From contig PMYD01000085.1 in assembly GCA_003171335.1 (NCBI GenBank), forward strand, positions 6,739-70,738: a stretch of DNA of 64,000 nt. Direction: 5' to 3'. The DNA is from Phycisphaerales bacterium (GTDB lineage Bacteria > Planctomycetota > Phycisphaerae > SM23-33 > FEN-1343). A program made the position numbers and the translations under genes. Below, piece by piece: positions 55,440 to 64,000 of the stretch (position 1 is its first letter; each line of letters starts with the position of its first letter). The notes under the pieces were generated by a model. That model saw only the letters and a program-made list of their open reading frames with translations, made no database searches and was not told the origin of the DNA.

Positions 55440-55486
55440 CTTCGGTGTTCGAAATTCCTTGTTCGATATTCGATATTCGCCTTTTC
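55440..55486. repeat. Right 47-bp inverted repeat partner of 54743..54789
   Basis: cttcggtgttcgaaattccttgttcgatattcgatattcgccttttc. Confidence 0.85.
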
Positions 55487-55491
55487 CTGCC

Positions 55492-55914
55492 CTACTGATT
55501 CGCCGCCGTCTCCAGCACCCAGTCGCGGACGAAGATGGGCGTGTCGTAGGCCACCCCTAGCGCGATGGCGTCGGAGGGGCGCGAGTCGATCTGGACGACC
55601 TTGCCATCCTGGCGGATGTGGAGCTGGGCGAAGAAGGTGCCGCGCGGCACCCCATCGACCATCACATCGCGCAGGTCGTTGATGACCACCTTCTCCAGCG
55701 TGCCGCCGAGCTCTTGAATGACCGTGGCCAGGAGGTCGTGCGTCATCGGCCGCACGTACGCGTTGCCCTTGAGCCGCCGGTCGATGGCGATGGCCTCGGA
55801 AATGCCGATGCGGATGGGGAAACACCGCTGCCCATCGCGCTCCTTGAGCACGATGATCTGGTGGTCCATCGTCTCGGTGATCAAGACCCGCGACAAAACC
55901 ATCGGCACATCCAT
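55492..55914 (-). CDS. Bifunctional nuclease family protein (BFN/DUF151)
   Basis: IIVLKERDGQRCFPIRIGISEAIAIDRRLKG...RPMTHDLL...VVINDL....TFFAQLHI.....VQIDSRPSDAIALGV....PIFV. Confidence 0.8.
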   Translation of the reverse strand: MDVPMVLSRVLITETMDHQIIVLKERDGQRCFPIRIGISEAIAIDRRLKGNAYVRPMTHDLLATVIQELGGTLEKVVINDLRDVMVDGVPRGTFFAQLHIRQDGKVVQIDSRPSDAIALGVAYDTPIFVRDWVLETAANQ

Positions 55915-56152
55915 AATGACCTCGCTATCGGGCCACGATTGGCACCCTCTTCACGGTAGCCAATGCGGAAGGGGTAAGTCAAGGGAGGCACGGCGTGGCG
56001 GGCGCGGGGCGAGCGCAAGTCGCGTAGGCGTAATGAAGTGCAATTCTTGGCTGGCATGGATTGCGCAAACGGATTTCGCAGGGACAACTCTTTCTTCCAC
56101 GTTCTTGACCGAGCCCAAATCCTGCAATGGCTATGCCGCCCAAAAAAACCAC

Positions 56153-56181
56153 TTGACAGCCAGAAGAAAATCACGTAGAAT
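56153..56181 (+). promoter_or_regulatory. Near-consensus sigma70 promoter about 630 nt upstream of gyrA
   Basis: An A-tract, TTGACA (56153-56158), a 17-nt spacer, then TAGAAT (56176-56181). Confidence 0.55.
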
Positions 56182-56423
56182 CTCCCTAACTATCCGGCAA
56201 GAGCCCTGTCTATAGTATGAGCGTATCGCCGGTCTGGAAATGACATGCGTTCGGAAGCTGATATGGCTTATTCTGCAAGGTTGGCTGAGCTGGAGATCAT
56301 GTTCGTCGCTACACGATGCCAAAAAACCGATGCTATGCTATTATAAAACAAGTAATTACAACTCTTTGCGCATAAGTTGGCCAAGTTGCCACCAGCCGCA
56401 GGCCGGCTCAATGACCTTGGCCT

Positions 56424-56640
56424 CAACTGGTGAATTTCACCAGTTGATCCGCCCGGGACCGATGGGTTGGAGAGCTCCAAGCCATGATGGCTCGACTGGC
56501 GAATTTCACCAGTTGAAGGCCGAGAACGTGCCGGCCAAGAGGGCCGCGACTGGTGAATTTCACCAGTTAGAGGTCTCTTGGACTCAATGGGCAAGCTCGC
56601 CGGCAGAGAGAGTCCCGACTGGTGAATTTCACCAGTTGAC
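56424..56640. repeat. Four copies of the palindrome ACTGGTGAATTTCACCAGT separated by unique segments
   Basis: Copies at 56426-56444, 56495-56513 (one T>C), 56549-56567 and 56618-56636. Flanks are (c)g...ttga/ttag. Periods are 69, 54 and 69 bp. Confidence 0.9.
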
Positions 56641-56810
56641 CCTTAGCCGGCAATCTCCGGGAAAATGGCGTTTTGTTTACATTCCGGGCACGTGTTTTAC
56701 TAAAATAGTTGGTCTTGAGTATCGGCCGCCGGGGTACTGCAACGGATTGTGGTACGCGGCCGGTTTTATTTGTTCATCCCGCCCCCCTAAGGCGGAAGGA
56801 AGCTGAAATC

Positions 56811-59465
<2,655 letters not shown>

Positions 59466-59549
59466 GGAGAGTTTGCAATTCAAGAAGGCGATGATAAGCA
59501 GGTCAAAGATTTCAGTGGTAAGGTAATCCTTAAGGCTATCACGGATTAC

Positions 59550-61376
59550 TTGCAGACACCACAGACTGATTTTGCACTTCTTATCAAGGGGCCTTGGGGA
59601 TGCGGAAAGACGCATTTCTGGAAAAACGTCGTTCGGCCGGAACTCAGAAAGCCCCGAGGTGGTGGAACCCCTTGGCGTCCACTTTATGCTTCCTTGTACG
59701 GCTGCAGAGACACCCGTGAAATTGATGCACAGTTGTTTCTTGCATCTCACCCGGTCCTGAAGGGCAAATGGCGAGAAAGGGTCTCCAAAGTTGGCTGGCA
59801 TGTGCTGGGACACCTCTTTAGAAAGAAAGCCGGATTTGACCTGCCTCCTGTGGACCTTCGATGGCTTATTAGCTGTGATCGGGCGGTCTTTTGCTTTGAT
59901 GATCTTGAGCGTTGCAACATGCCCATGGAAGAAGCCTTGGGCTATATTAATAACTTCGTAGAGCATGAATCGGCGAAAACTATCATTTTCTGCAATGAAG
60001 ACGGAATAAGTGAAAATGAGTCGAAGAAATATTTCATGATGAAAGAGAAGATTGTTGGTGCCTCATTGGGATTCAAGTCCGAAATTGAGAACGTGCTCAA
60101 GAGCCTTATTGACGAGCACAGGTCCAAAGAGGCCTTCCATAAGTTCGCTATAAAGCACTGCCAGCTCATCCGGCATTTGTTTGATAGGAGCCAAACAAAC
60201 AATCTACGGGCTTTTCGTCGGGCAATTTCGGCCCTCGCAGCTTCTTTCGCCGCTGTAGATGAAGGTGGGGTTGACCCTGATGTTATTGCCAAGCAGCTCA
60301 TCTATGCGGTGGCTCCTGCGTGTTTTGAGATTCACGGTCGAGCCGCTGATCCGGAGAAGATCAGGACTCTTCTCAGCAGAGATTATTTGATTTTTGCAGG
60401 CTTTTCGATTCTGCCCAAGAATCTCGAAAAAAACGCAGAAATGGATTTTGAAGCCCAATTTAGGACTAGGTATTTCAGCGACCTTGAGATTCAAGAGTGG
60501 CGCGATGCGGTCGGATGCCCACCCATTTGTGAATTCCTTTTGACAGGAGTTCTTGATAGACCCGCTATTGGCGTTTGGGCAAAGAAGCTCATCCAGCAGC
60601 CCGAGGAAAAGGAGAGGCGTATTAAGCGTTTACTCTCTGACTTCAGAGAGATGGAGGATGGCGAGTTTTCGCAAAAGATTGCACAGGTGTTGGCTGATGT
60701 GGAGGCAGGTGAAGTTCCGCAATTGACAAGATACCCGGCATTATTTAGCACTTTTGAGTTTTGCGCGGCTAACGGTCTTATCCGGGAGTCGCGCAAGGAG
60801 ATACTGGAAATCTTCGTTCGCGGTGCTAGGAAGGCTCAGGAAGAGGGCAGGATTGAAGGTTCAATAACACTTAAACATGAGATTAACCACAACGGGATAG
60901 CAAGAAGCGTTGAAGGTCAACTTCTGAGTAAACATCTGCTGGAAGTTAACGAAGCCGCGCTTCGGCTCGCGGATAACAAACGCGTAAGTGTTTTAGCTGC
61001 AAGAATGAATGAAGAGCCGATGAGGTTTATCGAATCGATTACACATGATGGCCAGTCAGGCTTTCTTTATACGTCAGTCTTTCAGCATGTTGATGCAACT
61101 GCTTTTGCTACCTGGGTGCTCCACCTTCCAAACAGTCTTAAGGCTAGCTTCCTCGGAGCGATGAGAGCGAGATACCAGAGGGAGGCATGTCATCCTTCTT
61201 ACCAGGACGAGCTGCCAGCACTCCGGCGAATTCGTGATCTTGTCAATGGAAGCATCGAGTCTCCGACGGGCGGAGGGGCGAAGCCGATAAGTCTGTATCT
61301 GAATAATGAAATTGTTGACGTTCTCGATGAGGCAGTAGACTGTCTTGAGGATTTGCCCCCAAAAGTCGCGCCGTAA
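59550..61376 (+). CDS. KAP-family P-loop NTPase, lower GC than its neighbours
   Basis: Walker A LLIKGPWGCGKTHFW (from 59589), Walker B AVFCFDDLERCNMPMEEALGYIN, and a long helical C-terminus. The start is ambiguous (TTG 59550 or ATT 59478). Confidence 0.75.
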   Translation: MQTPQTDFALLIKGPWGCGKTHFWKNVVRPELRKPRGGGTPWRPLYASLYGCRDTREIDAQLFLASHPVLKGKWRERVSKVGWHVLGHLFRKKAGFDLPPVDLRWLISCDRAVFCFDDLERCNMPMEEALGYINNFVEHESAKTIIFCNEDGISENESKKYFMMKEKIVGASLGFKSEIENVLKSLIDEHRSKEAFHKFAIKHCQLIRHLFDRSQTNNLRAFRRAISALAASFAAVDEGGVDPDVIAKQLIYAVAPACFEIHGRAADPEKIRTLLSRDYLIFAGFSILPKNLEKNAEMDFEAQFRTRYFSDLEIQEWRDAVGCPPICEFLLTGVLDRPAIGVWAKKLIQQPEEKERRIKRLLSDFREMEDGEFSQKIAQVLADVEAGEVPQLTRYPALFSTFEFCAANGLIRESRKEILEIFVRGARKAQEEGRIEGSITLKHEINHNGIARSVEGQLLSKHLLEVNEAALRLADNKRVSVLAARMNEEPMRFIESITHDGQSGFLYTSVFQHVDATAFATWVLHLPNSLKASFLGAMRARYQREACHPSYQDELPALRRIRDLVNGSIESPTGGGAKPISLYLNNEIVDVLDEAVDCLEDLPPKVAP

Positions 61377-61422
61377 TGGTCCTGGGATTATTCAAAGAGG
61401 AGTGAGAAGGCCATCGAAGAAA

Positions 61423-63054
61423 TCACCCTTCCGCCGGCCCATGCGTTTGATCGCTGGTCATCGGGCGCTTGGGGTTGGCCGGCAGGCGGATGGTGAAGGT
61501 GGTGCCGTGTCCGACCTGGCTGGCGACGTGGATAAGGCCGTCGTGCTCGCGGATGACTTTCTGGGCGACGGCCAGGCCAAGTCCAGTCCCTCTTTGACCC
61601 TTGGTGGAGAAGAAGGGCTCAAAGAGATGCGCCCGCGTGGTGGCGTCGATGCCGCGGCCGTTGTCCGAGATGGTCAGCACGGCCTCCTGCCCCAGGACGT
61701 CAAAGCGGGCCGCGACGGTGATGGCACCGGTCTGCGGCGGCACGGCATCCAGCGCGTTGGTCAGGAGATTCAGCAGCGCCTGGTGCAGGCCATCGGGATC
61801 GACCGGGATGGGCGGCATCTCGCTGAGGTCCTTCAGAATCGCCACGCCGCGCTCATCCGCCTGCGGCGTGATCAGCTCGAGGACATCGGCGATGACCCCA
61901 TCCAGGTTGATGTACTCCAGCAGCGGCTGGCGCGGCTTGGAGAAGGCCAGCATGTTGAGAATTTCGCGGTTCAAACGCTCCAGATTGCGCGTCACCAGCG
62001 GCCAGGCCTCCTGCACCTTGCCGGGCTGATTCTTTTCCATGGCCATGCCCACCACGTCGGCCCCGGCGATGAGCGCCTGGAGGATGTTCTTGATGTGGTG
62101 GCTCAGCGAGGCCACGGTTTCGCCCACCGCCGCCAGGCGCGCGCTATTCAGGGCGGATTCATAAAGCTGCACGTTTTCCACGGCCAGCCCGGTCTGGTAG
62201 CCGATGGCGGTCAGCAGCCTAAGCTGCTCGGTGGAGTAGGTGGTGTTGGAGACGCTGGAATCGACGTGCAACACGCCCAGGATGCGGTCGCGGCCCATGA
62301 TCGGCACGCACAGCACCGAGCGGATGCCGAACTCGTGCACGCTCTGGCCGCTGGTAAAGCGGCGGTCGCTCATGGCGTTGGAGCACAAGACGCCTACCTG
62401 CTGGGCGATGACGTGGTCGACGATCGTCCGCGAGATGGGCACGCGCTGATCGGCCTCGCCGGCGGCGTAGCGCACGGCCTTGGGCGTCATCTGCCCGTTT
62501 TCATCGACCATCAGCACGTACGCGCGGTCCGGGCGCAACAGCTCGAACACGTGGTCGAGCACGCGATTGAGCAGCAGGTCGATGTTGAAGATCGTGCTGA
62601 TCGTGCTGATGATGTGGTAGAGCTGGCGCAGGTTGCCGATGGCCGCCGCGCCGGCCTCGGGGGTCGGCACGATGATGGAATCCTCGTTGGAGGGGATCGA
62701 CGCCATGATGGCCGAATCGACCAGCCGGCCGTCATCGTCGATATCCAGCCCCTCGGCCGCCTGCGGCCCGGGGCCGCCGAACACCAGCAGCGTGGCGCCC
62801 ACGCGAACCTGGTCGCCCTGGCTGAGCCGCTGCGGCCGGCGCAGCCGCACGCCGTTGAGATAGGTGCCGTTGGCGGCCCCGAGATCCTCGATCATCCACA
62901 GGCCGTTGGAGGGTGTCAGCCTGGCGTGCTGCCGGCTGATGGTAGGGTCGTTGAGCTGCAGGTCGCCGTTCTGGCGGCCGAGCACGGCCTCGGCGGCCGG
63001 CAGGTCAAACGTACGGCCCTTGTCGGGTCCTTGGATGACGTGAATCGTCGCCAC
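61423..63054 (-). CDS. Cytoplasmic FHA-GAF-histidine kinase
   Basis: FHA: GRQNGDLQLNDPTISRQHARL...WMIEDLGAANGTYLNG. GAF: VLMVDENGQ...SVLCVPIM. HisKA: VASLSHHIKNIL. HATPase: NLLTNALDA...DNGRGI...GTGLGLAV. No TM segment. GTG 63054 is a plausible start; the tracked start is 63147. Confidence 0.8.
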   Translation of the reverse strand: MATIHVIQGPDKGRTFDLPAAEAVLGRQNGDLQLNDPTISRQHARLTPSNGLWMIEDLGAANGTYLNGVRLRRPQRLSQGDQVRVGATLLVFGGPGPQAAEGLDIDDDGRLVDSAIMASIPSNEDSIIVPTPEAGAAAIGNLRQLYHIISTISTIFNIDLLLNRVLDHVFELLRPDRAYVLMVDENGQMTPKAVRYAAGEADQRVPISRTIVDHVIAQQVGVLCSNAMSDRRFTSGQSVHEFGIRSVLCVPIMGRDRILGVLHVDSSVSNTTYSTEQLRLLTAIGYQTGLAVENVQLYESALNSARLAAVGETVASLSHHIKNILQALIAGADVVGMAMEKNQPGKVQEAWPLVTRNLERLNREILNMLAFSKPRQPLLEYINLDGVIADVLELITPQADERGVAILKDLSEMPPIPVDPDGLHQALLNLLTNALDAVPPQTGAITVAARFDVLGQEAVLTISDNGRGIDATTRAHLFEPFFSTKGQRGTGLGLAVAQKVIREHDGLIHVASQVGHGTTFTIRLPANPKRPMTSDQTHGPAEG

Positions 63055-63302
63055 GCGTTCTCCGGACGGCTGGGGTTGCCGGCACTGCTGCGGATTTCTT
63101 CGCGGCCTAGACGGTTCCCAAACGTGCGGATCGCCCTGTGGGGCCAAGCTGGCAGGCCGCAGATCCGCTCAGACATCCACCGCGATGATACGAATGTCGC
63201 GGGGGCGGGTCAAGGCGTTGGATGCGAGATGTCATCGGCAGATAGTAATGTCCGGTCTTCGGCAGGTAAGAATGTCCGCTTTCCTGGTCGCTAGGAGAGC
63301 GG

Positions 63303-63584
63303 ATGAACGGGGATCGGATCGAGATGAGTCAACGGGAACGGGATCGGCTTAAGGTGATGGCGTTGGTGCTGGAGGGCAAGCGGACGCAGCGGGAGGCGGC
63401 CCGGCTGCTGGGGCTGACGGACCGCCAGATTCGCCGGCTGCAACATCGACTGCAAGCGAGGCCTCCGGTCGGCAACCGGGAGGCTATTACCTTGGGGATG
63501 CCGCTGACGGAGGATTATAATCGCCGGGTCCTTTGCGCCTGCGGCCGGAGAAGTCTCCGGCGCGATCCATTTAAAGTGAAGTAA
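63303..63584 (+). pseudogene. Remnant of a transposase N-terminal HTH domain
   Basis: MSQRERDRLKVMALVLEGKRTQREAARLLGLTDRQIRRLQHRL matches the common N-terminal HTH of IS481/ISNCY-type integrase-transposases. Nothing resembling a DDE core follows. Confidence 0.5.
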
Positions 63585-63599
63585 AAGATGGTTGGGAGA

Positions 63600-64000
63600 A
63601 TGGTGATGCGCCTTGCCGCATTTCTTCTCACGGTTGTGCTTGCCATCACCTCCGCCGTGGCCCAGCCGGCCGCCCGCGGCCCGGCGGCCTCGGCACCTGC
63701 CGTGCGCTATGGCGCTGCGGCCAGTGGGCAGGTGCTCTACAACGGCATCGTACTGCCCAAGGAGTGGCCGCCCAAGCTGGACTTCGACAAGGACATTAAG
63801 ACGCGCAAGCCCTTGCCGGTGCCCTACTACCTGCAGCATCCCCCCGCGGTGATCCCCATCGACCTGGGCCGCCAGCTGTTCGTGGATGACTTCCTCATCG
63901 AAAGCGCCACGCTGACACGCAGCTATCACCTGGCCGAGTACTATCCGCAGAATCCCGTCGTGTCGGATGGCATGGTCTTCAGCGGCGGCGTATTCGTCGA
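63600..64000 (+). CDS. N-terminal part of a secreted glycoside-hydrolase-like protein, paralog of 26864..29617 (runs off the right edge)
   Basis: My translation from ATG 63600: MVMRLAAFLLTVVLAITSAVAQP...QVLYNGIVLPKEWPPKLDF...PPAVIPIDLGRQLFVDDFLIESATLTRSYHLAEYYPQNPV. Compare RLYNGIVLPKEWPPQPE...PPAVIPIDVGRQLFVDDFLIESTTLERNLHLPEYYPGNPI in the 917-aa protein. Confidence 0.7.
   Translation, partial: MVMRLAAFLLTVVLAITSAVAQPAARGPAASAPAVRYGAAASGQVLYNGIVLPKEWPPKLDFDKDIKTRKPLPVPYYLQHPPAVIPIDLGRQLFVDDFLIESATLTRSYHLAEYYPQNPVVSDGMVFSGGVFV

Noticed and set aside
56424-56640. CRISPR array interpretation of the four palindromic repeats upstream of gyrA.
   Set aside because: The repeat is only about 19-23 bp. 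The unique segments are unequal (about 45/30/45 bp). There are only four copies, and no cas gene lies within the window. I kept it as a regulatory/RNA candidate instead.
56240-56806. ORF 56240..56806 translating the four palindromes in one frame as TGEFHQL x4, considered as a multi-core RiPP-like precursor.
   Set aside because: The periods (69/54/69) are multiples of three. However, the opposite strand gives a similar repeated peptide simply because the DNA is palindromic. The inter-repeat codons also lack the strong G/C third-position bias of genuine genes here.

Overview
This is a high-GC bacterial chromosomal segment. It is most consistent with Planctomycetota (inference from a PEP-CTERM protein, DUF1573, DUF4159, LpxI and two giant secreted proteins that start with an LExRxLL[ST] motif).

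Most of the window is housekeeping: an aconitase-family dehydratase, LOG, a pyrK-like gene, pilD, hisH-hisA, rho, a ROK glucokinase, tRNA-Glu(CUC), ccsA, an HNH endonuclease, lpxD-lpxI, queA, a GreA-module protein, tyrS and gyrA. Two adhesin-like giant genes (4.7 kb and 8.0 kb) take about 20% of the window.

The intergenic space is unusually rich in palindromic repeat elements:
- hairpins whose arms are tandem heptamers;
- a REPIN/MITE-like element next to a RAYT transposase remnant;
- two further dispersed repeat families.

Several visibly lower-GC insertions are present:
- a PD-(D/E)xK nuclease-like gene sitting between 47-bp inverted repeats;
- a KAP P-loop NTPase gene abutting the gyrA stop codon;
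- a 0.7-kb cargo between two MITE copies.

Two near-consensus sigma70 promoters have no obvious protein-coding target. One precedes four phased palindromic 19-mers upstream of gyrA. The other lies in a 560-bp gap between convergent genes.

I found no canonical CRISPR array, cas genes, rRNA, intact transposase or prophage, and I cannot name a clear multi-gene novel system. The candidates listed under findings are single-gene or RNA/repeat-level oddities. All GC statements are by-eye estimates, and all homology statements are motif recognition without database searches.
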